A stretch of 64,000 nt of DNA from Vulcanimicrobiota bacterium (lineage in GTDB: Bacteria; Vulcanimicrobiota; Vulcanimicrobiia; Vulcanimicrobiales; Vulcanimicrobiaceae): positions 352,001-416,000 of the forward strand of contig CAWETW010000002.1 of NCBI GenBank assembly GCA_963812155.1, given 5' to 3'. The notes beneath the pieces were generated by a model. The model had not been told where the DNA came from, ran no database searches, and saw nothing but the letters and a program-made list of their open reading frames with translations. The first letter of the stretch is position 1. Each line of letters begins with the position of its first letter. A program made the translations under genes and the position numbers. Shown here piece by piece: positions 1 to 8,569 of this stretch.

Positions 1-2
1 AC

Positions 3-2009
3 GTTGCGGTCATTGCCGATACGGTGACGGGCGGCACGAAGAAGGGCGAACCGGGCGACGCCGTCGGCAACGTGCACATTTATTACCGCGATGAAGAGAT
101 CGTCGGCGATAAGGCGCACTTCGACGGCGAACGCACCGTGACGATTACCGGCCATCCGTTCCTGATCAATCACACGCACGACTCGATCCTCACCGCGGAC
201 GAGATTGATTTCGACACGATCGGCGAAACGGCCAAACTGCTCAAGGGCAACGGCGAAACGGCGCAAGGTGTCGAGCGCGGCTTCGTGCACTTTCAAGCCA
301 ACGATCTGCACACCGACGCCGACGGTTCCGCGCACGGACTTAACCCGAGCGTCACGACCTGCGAAAATCCTCGAGCCGGTTATCACATCACCGGCAAATC
401 GCTCGACGTGATTCCCGGCGACAAAATCGTCATCAACAAAGCGGTTTTATGGTTGGGAGCCGCCGCGGTGTTCTATCTGCCGAAACTGGTGATTCCGCTG
501 CGCACCGTCGACGATCAGCGCGCGCGCCCGCAGTTCTTCCCGGAGGTCGGATACGACTCGTACGAGGGCGCCTGGATCAAGATGCACGTGCCGTTCGGCA
601 AAGACCAATACTACTACGGCTACTACATCGTCAACTATTTCACGAAGCTCGGGCTCGGCATCGGCTATGTCGGATTTTACGCGAGCAAGAAAGGCCGGCG
701 GACCGTCAGCGTCAACTTGTACGAGCAACAGAATTCCTCCGAAGGAGGGCGCACCTACAACGCCGCGATTCAAGAGCAGGAAAATTTCTCGCAGCATCTG
801 CGCGGGAACTTTCAGTACACGTATCAATCGAACTTCGGCGCGCTGACGAACATTCCACCAAACGAATCGCTCAGCGGTGCGATCGTGCATCAAGGGCAAA
901 ACAATTCGCAGAACTATTCGTACACGCACAGCTCGGTCGGGACGCAGTCGAGCAGCAACAGTTATTCGGTCACCGATACGCGCCAGTTCAATCAAAATCT
1001 CGACCAAGCCGTAAGCCTCAACATGTCGAACAGCTCGTCGAATTTCATCGGTGAGTCGTCGTTCAACGCGAGCACCGAGTTCGATTACCTCATGCATTAC
1101 GTCACCGCAGGGGCCGACTACCAACTCGAGTTCGACAAGACGTATTCTCAACAGGGCTTCGGCATCAACAAGATTCCGGAACTGCAAGTCCGGCCGAACG
1201 AAGTCTTCCCGCACTTCTTCATCCCGCTGTCGGCGCAGTTGACGGTGGGCGAATACAGCGAGCCGCCGGCCGACTTTCCGGGGAGCGAAAGCCTGGCGAC
1301 CTGGCGCGGCGATGCCGGTTTGGTGATCGGGCCGGCGCTTGCAAAAATCTGGGGCAGCGACTTCGAGGGCACGATCAACGTCGACCAGTACGCGTACGGA
1401 ACCGGCGATCTCAAAGCCGCCATCGAACAAGACTTCAGTCTCACCACGCCCATCGGTAGGCATTTCGTCAATTCGCTCACCTACAACGAGGCGAACTACA
1501 ATGGGCCGGCGCTCGTGCCGTTTCAATATCTCGATCAACAGCCGACCGACAATACGCACAACGCGCAGGATCTCATCCGGTTTTTCAACGACGACGTCTA
1601 CACGGTTTCGCTGGGTCTTTCGACCAACTTCGACGGCATCGCGCAGCCGGTCAGCTATCAGGTGATGGCGCGTCCTTCGCCGCGTTCGGTCGTGCTCTTG
1701 AGCGGGTCGTTCGTCCCGGGTCCGGGTTTCGGCTTCGAAACGACCAACCTGCAGCTATCCACGCCCTTCGGCCGCGACGCGTCGCTTCAGTTCGTCACCG
1801 ATTTGCAGTGGAAAGGCCCCGAACTGTTTTCCAACAAAGTCATCTACTACACGCGCACGATCGGCAACTGTTACCAAATTCAAGTGCTCTACAGCGAAGC
1901 CTCGCAGTCGGTCAACGTCGGCTTGAGTCTATTGGCATTCCCGAACCAAACGGCGACGTTCAACATCGGCCAGCCGGGGTCGATCGTTCCGAGCACGTTT
2001 AATTTCTAA
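3..2009 (+). CDS. LptD/OstA-like outer-membrane beta-barrel assembly protein (5' end outside window)
   Basis: Frame open to window edge; OstA-like N-terminal region, 'SVTTCE...YHITGK' LptD-like segment, beta-strand-rich C-terminus ending in Phe; neighbours lnt and an LptC-like gene. Confidence 0.65.
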   Translation, partial: VAVIADTVTGGTKKGEPGDAVGNVHIYYRDEEIVGDKAHFDGERTVTITGHPFLINHTHDSILTADEIDFDTIGETAKLLKGNGETAQGVERGFVHFQANDLHTDADGSAHGLNPSVTTCENPRAGYHITGKSLDVIPGDKIVINKAVLWLGAAAVFYLPKLVIPLRTVDDQRARPQFFPEVGYDSYEGAWIKMHVPFGKDQYYYGYYIVNYFTKLGLGIGYVGFYASKKGRRTVSVNLYEQQNSSEGGRTYNAAIQEQENFSQHLRGNFQYTYQSNFGALTNIPPNESLSGAIVHQGQNNSQNYSYTHSSVGTQSSSNSYSVTDTRQFNQNLDQAVSLNMSNSSSNFIGESSFNASTEFDYLMHYVTAGADYQLEFDKTYSQQGFGINKIPELQVRPNEVFPHFFIPLSAQLTVGEYSEPPADFPGSESLATWRGDAGLVIGPALAKIWGSDFEGTINVDQYAYGTGDLKAAIEQDFSLTTPIGRHFVNSLTYNEANYNGPALVPFQYLDQQPTDNTHNAQDLIRFFNDDVYTVSLGLSTNFDGIAQPVSYQVMARPSPRSVVLLSGSFVPGPGFGFETTNLQLSTPFGRDASLQFVTDLQWKGPELFSNKVIYYTRTIGNCYQIQVLYSEASQSVNVGLSLLAFPNQTATFNIGQPGSIVPSTFNF

Positions 2010-2746
2010 GGGCAGGGGCTGGAGCTGGGACCCGGGCTGGGATTATTGGCGATCTCGATGCTGACGATTTGTGCCGCGGGATCGCTCGGCGGGTTGACGT
2101 CTTGCTGCTTGTAGAAGACTTGATCGAAGCAGGTGTTGACGTCGAGTTGCGGAGAGACGAAGGTCGTATCCGTTGGACCGCCCGATCCCATCGAATCGAG
2201 AAAGATCAACTGATTTTGAACGGTCGCTTGCGTCGTGAACGCGTTGAAGAGCCAAATGTGGGAGATCGGCGCCGGACTGGGAGACGGCGACGCATAGCGC
2301 GGAATGAAGAGCGAGCGCTGGAAGGTAATCTGAAACTCGGTGTTCGTCCCGTTGTTGTTCAGGGTGTACTGATACTGCTGCGGTGTCGTTGGGAAGCTGA
2401 AAAACGCCGGGGGGATCGCCGGATTCGAATTTTTGAGGAACTGAATTACGTGGGAATACGTTGCGCCGCCCTGGCCGGCGGCGACCACTCCCGCCGAATA
2501 CGCGTTCCAATTGGTCTGCTGGGCGTTGGTCAGCGGCGTCACGCCGTTTCCGCTGGTGTTGAAGATCGTCCAGTATTGATAGTTGGCGAAGTTGAACGTC
2601 CCCGCGACGTCAAACTTGACGATCATGTAGCCGGGAAGAGCGCCGCCCGCTCCCAAGCCGGGAGGATTCGGCGTGACTTGCCGTCCGCACGCCGCAATGA
2701 TGAACGCCGTTACTAGTACGAAACCGAAGGTCAGTCTGCGAAGCAT
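2006..2746 (-). CDS. Hypothetical lipoprotein
   Basis: MLRR + hydrophobic stretch + lipobox IAAC; 246 aa coding-like ORF. Confidence 0.75.
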   Translation of the reverse strand: MLRRLTFGFVLVTAFIIAACGRQVTPNPPGLGAGGALPGYMIVKFDVAGTFNFANYQYWTIFNTSGNGVTPLTNAQQTNWNAYSAGVVAAGQGGATYSHVIQFLKNSNPAIPPAFFSFPTTPQQYQYTLNNNGTNTEFQITFQRSLFIPRYASPSPSPAPISHIWLFNAFTTQATVQNQLIFLDSMGSGGPTDTTFVSPQLDVNTCFDQVFYKQQDVNPPSDPAAQIVSIEIANNPSPGPSSSPCP

Positions 2747-4226
2747 GTCGTCCTCGTCGCGCGTGCGCGATGCCGTCGTTGCCGTTTGCTCGGCGGTCGC
2801 GCTGGCTGCGTCATTCCCTAAACTCGGCGCGACTTGGCTGGTTCCCTTCGCAGCCGCCGCTCAGTTTTGGGTGTGGCAAGGCGCGTCGTGGAAGCGCGCC
2901 GCACTGCTCGGTTGGTTTGCCGGAATCGTTTTTTTCGCGATCGGTTACGACTGGATCGGGCACACGGTCGGCGGATACATCGGCGCTTTCGGTCCCTTTC
3001 TGATGCTCGGCCCGGCGCTCGTCGAGGCGCCGTTCTTCGCGCTGGCCGCCGTGCTGGCCGTCGTTGCGTATCGCTACCTGCGCCCCGGCGCGGCACCGCT
3101 GGCGGCGGCAGCCGCGTTTGCATTCTGCGAATGGTTTCGCTCGGTGGGCATCCTCGGCGCGCCCTTCGACCAACTCGGCTACACGCAAGCGGGCACGCCG
3201 CTGCGGGCGATCGGGGCGTATCTCGGATCCTACGGCATCACATTTACGATTTGCATTTTCGGCGCCTATCTGGCCGATGCGCTGCACAGGCGCACGTGGC
3301 GCCCCTTCGCCACGGCCTGCGTCGCCCTCGCCGGCGTTACCGCAATCGCATGGCTGGCGTGGCCGGCGCGGCACCTGCCGGCGCCCACGGTGGAAGTTGC
3401 CGCGATTCAAGGCAATATCGCGCAATCGCTCAAATGGAACGCGTTGAATTTGGCGATCTCCCGTTACACGCTGATGACGCGCGCCGCCGCCGCGCGCAAA
3501 CCGAAGATCGTCGTCTGGCCCGAAACCGTCGTTACGACGACGCTCAATCTCGACGACGCGCTGATGGACCGCTTTTCGAATCTCGCGCGTCAGACGCGCG
3601 CGACGATCGTTGCCGGCAGCCTTCGCCTGCAGGGACGGCGCGCGTACAACTCGCTCTATTTCTTTCAGCCCGACGGCCTGCTGCAGACCTACGACAAGCG
3701 GCAGCTGGTGCCGTTCGCCGAGTCGTTCCCCGGCCGGCCGTTCCTTTCGTGGTTGCCCTACGTCGGCGCGTTGAGCGGACGTTTTTCGACCGGTAAAGAC
3801 GACAACGTGTATCCAACCGCAGCGCACTTGAGCGTCGCGCCGCTGATTTGCTGGGAATCGGCTTTTTCCGATTTGGCTTTCGCGCAGGTGCGCAACGGCG
3901 CGCAGCTGCTCGTGATCAGCACCGACGATGCGTGGTTCGGCACCACGTCGGGACCGTACATGCACGCGCAGATCGCGCAAATGCGCGCGATCGAGAGCGG
4001 CGCCTACGTCGTCCGTGCGGCCGCGACCGGAATCAGCGGCGTCATCGCGCCCGACGGGAGCTGGCAAAACCGCAGCCGCATGGAACAACGCGTCATCGTC
4101 GCAGGAAAGGTGGGGCCGCGCGTGCCGACGCTCTTCGCCATCATCGGGCCGACCGGGGTGGCGCTCCTGATCGTGGATCTCTACGTCGTTCTACTGCTCG
4201 TCGCGCGCCGGAAGACGAATGCTTAA
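2745..4226 (+). CDS. lnt: Apolipoprotein N-acyltransferase
   Basis: N-terminal TM helices, QGNI, WPE, YDKRQLVPFAE, PLICWES nitrilase-fold E-K-C triad; start ATG 2745 or GTG 2763. Confidence 0.93.
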   Translation: MSSSSRVRDAVVAVCSAVALAASFPKLGATWLVPFAAAAQFWVWQGASWKRAALLGWFAGIVFFAIGYDWIGHTVGGYIGAFGPFLMLGPALVEAPFFALAAVLAVVAYRYLRPGAAPLAAAAAFAFCEWFRSVGILGAPFDQLGYTQAGTPLRAIGAYLGSYGITFTICIFGAYLADALHRRTWRPFATACVALAGVTAIAWLAWPARHLPAPTVEVAAIQGNIAQSLKWNALNLAISRYTLMTRAAAARKPKIVVWPETVVTTTLNLDDALMDRFSNLARQTRATIVAGSLRLQGRRAYNSLYFFQPDGLLQTYDKRQLVPFAESFPGRPFLSWLPYVGALSGRFSTGKDDNVYPTAAHLSVAPLICWESAFSDLAFAQVRNGAQLLVISTDDAWFGTTSGPYMHAQIAQMRAIESGAYVVRAAATGISGVIAPDGSWQNRSRMEQRVIVAGKVGPRVPTLFAIIGPTGVALLIVDLYVVLLLVARRKTNA

Positions 4227-4776
4227 GCGCATCCGCTGGAAACGCGTCGCGACCGTCGCGGCGATTCTTTTCGGAGTCTACGTCGTCGTCGAAGTCGTCT
4301 TAGCCGGCTACGGAACGCCGCCGATTCCGCCCTCGTCGGTGAAGATGAACCTGCACGGCGGGCACGTTCAGGCCAATCGCATCACGACCAAATCCTGGAG
4401 CTTCGACTACGACCGGGCGCAGTTATCCCCCGACGGCATGTCCGGCAGCGTCGACGGCGTGCGTAACGGCATCGTCTTCCGCAAAGGGAAGCCGTATTTG
4501 AGGATATCGGCACAGCACATTCAAGTCGACGTCGAGTCGCTGGACTTCACCGCGATCGGTAAAGTGCACGTCGAGCGCATCGACGATCCGCAGCGCCGGG
4601 CGTTCGACACCGACTTGGTGACCTGGACCAACAATGCAAAGCTGTTGCGCATGAGTCACCCGGCTTACGTGCACACCGGCGACCAAACGCTGCGCATCGA
4701 CGGCATCACCGTCGATTTTGCGGCAAATACGATCCATCTCGGCAAGCTGAGCGGCCAAGTCAACATGGTGAAGTAG
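4219..4776 (+). CDS. LptC-like membrane-anchored periplasmic protein
   Basis: Single N-terminal TM helix then beta-rich domain; LPS-transport context. Confidence 0.5.
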   Translation: MLKRIRWKRVATVAAILFGVYVVVEVVLAGYGTPPIPPSSVKMNLHGGHVQANRITTKSWSFDYDRAQLSPDGMSGSVDGVRNGIVFRKGKPYLRISAQHIQVDVESLDFTAIGKVHVERIDDPQRRAFDTDLVTWTNNAKLLRMSHPAYVHTGDQTLRIDGITVDFAANTIHLGKLSGQVNMVK

Positions 4777-4784
4777 GCACCGGC

Positions 4785-5087
4785 CTACTCGCGCAGTTTC
4801 TTCTTGGCCTCCGCGATGAGTTTCTTGACCTTTTGGCCGCCCTTGTGTCCGATCTCTTCGTAGAAGTCGGAGCCGTACTTTTCTTTGACGGCTTTGCCAC
4901 CTTTTTGACCGATCGACTCGTAGAACTCGACTCCGTGACGGTCGCGCGTCGCTTTCCCGCCCTTACGGCCTATGTCTTCGTAAAAGGTCGAGCCGTAGCG
5001 ATCGCGCACCGTATCGCCGCCCTTCTTGCCTGCTTCACGCACCGACATTTCGCGCCCGCGGGCGCCTTCTTTGGGTTTGTCAGCCAT
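4785..5087 (-). CDS. KGG-repeat general stress protein (GsiB/Em-like)
   Basis: 22-aa repeats of type FYEDIGRKGGKATRDRHGVE, four KGG motifs. Confidence 0.9.
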   Translation of the reverse strand: MADKPKEGARGREMSVREAGKKGGDTVRDRYGSTFYEDIGRKGGKATRDRHGVEFYESIGQKGGKAVKEKYGSDFYEEIGHKGGQKVKKLIAEAKKKLRE

Positions 5088-5125
5088 CGGTCCTTACGCG
5101 TCGTGGTTCGCGGTGGGTGGATGAG

Positions 5126-5341
5126 TTACGAGGAGACCTTGCGTTTGGGGCGCTGGCCGCCTTTTTGTCCGATTACTTCGTAAAACGACGGGCCATATTT
5201 GGTTTTCGTCGCCTCGCCGCCCTTGCGGCCGATCTCTTCATAGAATTCCGAGCCGTACTTCGCTTTGACGCGCTCGCCGCCGCGGCGACCGGCTTCGCGT
5301 ACGCTCATGCCTCCAGATTGTCCGGTTTCCTGCGTGGCCAT
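5126..5341 (-). CDS. KGG-repeat general stress protein, paralogue
   Basis: MSVREAGRRGG...FYEEIGRKGG...FYEVIGQKGG; RBS GAGG upstream. Confidence 0.9.
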   Translation of the reverse strand: MATQETGQSGGMSVREAGRRGGERVKAKYGSEFYEEIGRKGGEATKTKYGPSFYEVIGQKGGQRPKRKVSS

Positions 5342-5389
5342 TTTTCCTCAACCTCACTGTGGGAACGAAAAAGGTGAACAACCGCATTC

Positions 5390-5414
5390 TATCCCTTCCG
5401 AGCGCTCGGTAAAC
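5390..5414 (-). promoter_or_regulatory. Putative SigB/SigF-type stress promoter for the KGG genes
   Basis: Minus strand GTTTAC-N13-GGGATA; spacer region holds the perfect palindrome CCGAGCGCTCGG (5398-5409). Confidence 0.4.
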
Positions 5415-5447
5415 TTATAAATCTCTCAGGAACGGCGCCCGGCGGTC

Positions 5448-6029
5448 CTAGGCTGCGGCGAGGCGGTCGTAAATGCTGCGAGCGCGTTCCCGCAGCGTGC
5501 CGAGCCCGGCGTCGTTTTCGATCACGTCGTCGGCCCGCGACCGCGCCTCTTCGGGAGCGATCTGCGCCTCCATTCTCGCGCGTGCCCGGCCCTCGTCGAG
5601 CCGATCGCGGGCGAGGATGCGCGCCAGCCGCGCTTCGGGCGGAGCGACGACCACGATCGTGCGGTCGACCAACGCCTCGTACCCCGTTTCGAACAGCAAG
5701 GGCACGACGTGAACGATCAATTGACCGGGGCGCGCCTTGCGCTCGCGCGCGGCGGCCATCCCGCGGATGACCGGGTGCAGGATAGCGTTGAGACGCGCGC
5801 GCGCAACCGGATCGGCAAAGACCACGTCGGCGAGAGCCGCGCGGTCGAGCGCGCCGCGCCGGATCACGTCGGGCCACTCGCGAGCGATGGCCAAGAAGCC
5901 GTCGCCGTTCGGCGCCGCGGCTTCGCGGGCCAGCGCATCGGTGTCGATGACGAGGGCCCCAAACTCCTCAAAGAGCGCTGCAACCTCGCTCTTCCCGGAA
6001 CCGATGCCGCCGGTCAAGCCCACACGCAT
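5448..6029 (-). CDS. coaE: Dephospho-CoA kinase
   Basis: VGLTGGIGSGKS P-loop, LDRAALADVVF, ILHP, VPLLFE. Confidence 0.96.
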   Translation of the reverse strand: MRVGLTGGIGSGKSEVAALFEEFGALVIDTDALAREAAAPNGDGFLAIAREWPDVIRRGALDRAALADVVFADPVARARLNAILHPVIRGMAAARERKARPGQLIVHVVPLLFETGYEALVDRTIVVVAPPEARLARILARDRLDEGRARARMEAQIAPEEARSRADDVIENDAGLGTLRERARSIYDRLAAA

Positions 6030-6039
6030 GGGCCGGCGT

Positions 6040-7252
6040 CTATTGCGGAGGCGGCTCCGGCGACTCCACGGATTCGCCGGACGACGCCGCGGCTTGAGGC
6101 TCCTCGGCCGGCGTTTCCCCGACGTCCGCGGGAATCACGTCGATCTCCGGGACCACGAGCCGGTCGATCTCTTCGGGCGGCACGTCGGCGACGTGCTGGA
6201 TCGACGCGGTGATGCGGCGGGTCGCGTGATTGATCGTCAGCAGCGTGACCTCGATGTCTTGACCCGGACTGTACTGCGCCGCGGCGTCGAACTCGCCCTT
6301 CGGCACCATCGCGAGAATTCCCGGGATGATTTCGACGAGCAGATAGTTCGGCGTGACCTTGACGACTTGCGCGGAGAGTTTGTTCGTTTCGTACAGCTTG
6401 TCGGCGTGCTCGATCCCACGGATCGGGCAGCGCGTGCTTGAGCGAAAGGCTGACCTTCTTCGCTTCCGGATCGAACTTCATGATTTCGACGTGGACGACG
6501 TCGCCGATCTTGACGACCTCGGACGGATGCTTGATGCGCGCGTACGAGAGTTCGCTGTTGTGAATCAGGCCGTCGATGCCGCCGAGGTCGACGAACGCGC
6601 CGAAATCGGCGAGACGCACGACGACGCCTTCGCGAATCTGACCGACTTCGAGCGTGTCCGAGCAGTTCTTGCTTCTTGGCTTGCAGTTCTTCTTCGAGCA
6701 CGAGGCGCTGCGAGAGCACGACGCGATGCCGCTTGTGATCGAGATCGATCACTTTCAGGCGCAGGCGCTGGCCGACGAGTTCGTCGAGATTGCCGACCGG
6801 CTGGCGGCGGATCTGCGATGCCGGAACGAAGCCGCGCATGCCGAGGTCGACGAGAACGCCGCCTTTGACGACTTGCGTGACGGTGGCTTCGATGACTTCG
6901 TCGCGCTCGTGCGCTTCGATGACTTTCTCCCACGTCTTGAGCGCGCGCGCGCGACGCTCGGAAAGGAAGAGCGTTCCGTCCATGTCGTCGATGCGGTGGA
7001 TCATCACTTCGAGCGTGTCGCCGACCTTGAGGAGTCTTTGGGATCGATGGCGAGCGACAGCTCGCGGAACGGGAGGACGCCTTCGGATTTGCCGCCGACG
7101 TCGACGAGCAGTTCGTCTTTGTCTTTTTGAACGATCATGCCGGTGAGGACTTGGCCTTCGTCGAGGACCTTGAGCGACTCTTCGTAGAGCGCTGCTCGAG
7201 TGCGAGTTGGTCTTCCTCGTCGGGTGCGGGGAGCGATTTCAGTCGTAGAGAT
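6040..7252 (-). CDS. rpsA: 30S ribosomal protein S1, short type; several single-base indels
   Basis: S1 repeats across frames: LLVDVGGKSEG, VVKGGVLVDLGMRGFVPASQI, DFGAFVDLGGIDGLIHNSELS; SD AGGTAGGA upstream of an ATC codon at 7252. Confidence 0.88.
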
Positions 7253-7296
7253 GTTGTGTTTCCTACCTTACATTTCGTATTTTTTATTTGCGAACG

Positions 7297-8112
7297 TTAC
7301 CGCTGACAGTTGCGGCACCACCAGGTTCCGCGTTGTCCGAGCACCGTTCGTACGATCGGTTTGCCGCAGCGCACGCAGGGTTCGGCCGAGTCTGCCCGTA
7401 GACCGCAAGCGCGTTTTGAAATCCGCCTCGGAGGCCGTCGGCATCCACGTAGTCGTCGACGCTCGTGCCGCGCATATCGATCGCGCGTTGCAAAACGTCT
7501 ACGATGGCGTGGTGTAGCCGGCGAATCGCCGGTTTCGTCAACGCCTCGTGCGGGACGGCTCGGACGGATCCGGGCCTCCCACAGCGCCTCGCATGCATAG
7601 ATGTTTCCAATGCCCGCGATGCGCCGCTGATCGAGGAGCAAAGCCTTGATCGGCGTCGTCCGCCCGGCCAGCATACCCAGAAAGGCTTGGACTGTAAAGC
7701 CTGGTGAGAGCGGCTCGACGCCCAGGTCGCGGTCCCAAGGCTCGCCCGCTTCGACGAGGCGCATCCGGCCGAAGGTGCGCACGTCGGCGAAGCTCAGCCG
7801 GCGACCGCCGCGGAACCACAGCACGACGTGGGTCCCGGCAAAGTCGCGTTCGCGGGTTCGCTGCACGACGAGCCGCCCGGTCATCCGCAGGCTGGTCACG
7901 AGGCGCCGTCCGGAATGCAAGTCCACGATCGCATACTTGCCGCGGCGGCGTACTCCCGCCACGCGATCGCCCGCGAGCGCGCGCTCGAAATGCGTGCCGG
8001 CCGGCGCAACGGCGATTTTCGGCAGGCGCACTTCGACGCGCTCGATGCGCTTGCCGACGATCGCGGCGGCGAGACCTCGGACGATCGTCTCGACCTCGGG
8101 AAGCTCCGGCAC
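7297..8112 (-). CDS. mutM: Formamidopyrimidine-DNA glycosylase; indels at ~7385-7550
   Basis: PELPEVE N-terminus, RRGKY, LLDQRRIAGIGNIYACE H2TH, CxxC...CxxC zinc finger; segment ALTKPAIRRLH...GTSVDDY lies in a shifted frame. Confidence 0.95.
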   Translation of the reverse strand: MPELPEVETIVRGLAAAIVGKRIERVEVRLPKIAVAPAGTHFERALAGDRVAGVRRRGKYAIVDLHSGRRLVTSLRMTGRLVVQRTRERDFAGTHVVLWFRGGRRLSFADVRTFGRMRLVEAGEPWDRDLGVEPLSPGFTVQAFLGMLAGRTTPIKALLLDQRRIAGIGNIYACEALWEARIRPSRPARGVDETGDSPATPRHRRRFATRDRYARHERRRLRGCRRPPRRISKRACGLRADSAEPCVRCGKPIVRTVLGQRGTWWCRNCQR

Positions 8113-8113
8113 G

Positions 8114-8569
8114 TTACGTTTTTGGAATCGCCAGGGTCACGCCGGGCGCGATGCCGTCGCGCGACGCTTCGCCCGCGGGAAGCTCGATGACGTATTTGGC
8201 TACGCCGTTTTCCCGCGGAATCGCATCGTCGGCCATCGAGGGCGGCGCCGGCGCGACGTTGCGAAAGACCGTGCGCACGCGTCCGTCCCCGGCGACGAAG
8301 ACCATGTCGAGCGGAACGAGCGTATTCTTCATCCAAAACCCGATCGGACCGTCGGAAGCGAAGACGAAGAGCATGCCGGTGTGCGCCGGGAGCGCGGTGC
8401 GATACATCAGTCCGCGCTCTTGCTGCGCCGGCGTCCTCGCAACTTCTAATCGAACGTCTGCCGAGGGCGCGTGCACGATGACGACCGGCAACCCGGTCGC
8501 GGCCGGCGTGGCGGCCGTCGTCGCGAAGGCAAGCGCGGCTGCGACGCTAACGCGGAATTTGTTCGACAT
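8114..8569 (-). CDS. DUF192 family protein
   Basis: Signal peptide; RGLMYR, GMLFVF, FWMKNT-PLDMVF, YVIELPAG. Confidence 0.9.
   Translation of the reverse strand: MSNKFRVSVAAALAFATTAATPAATGLPVVIVHAPSADVRLEVARTPAQQERGLMYRTALPAHTGMLFVFASDGPIGFWMKNTLVPLDMVFVAGDGRVRTVFRNVAPAPPSMADDAIPRENGVAKYVIELPAGEASRDGIAPGVTLAIPKT

Noticed and set aside
4785..5341. 66-bp periodic repeats as a CRISPR array
   Set aside because: They are degenerate in-frame KGG protein repeats; no unique spacers or cas genes
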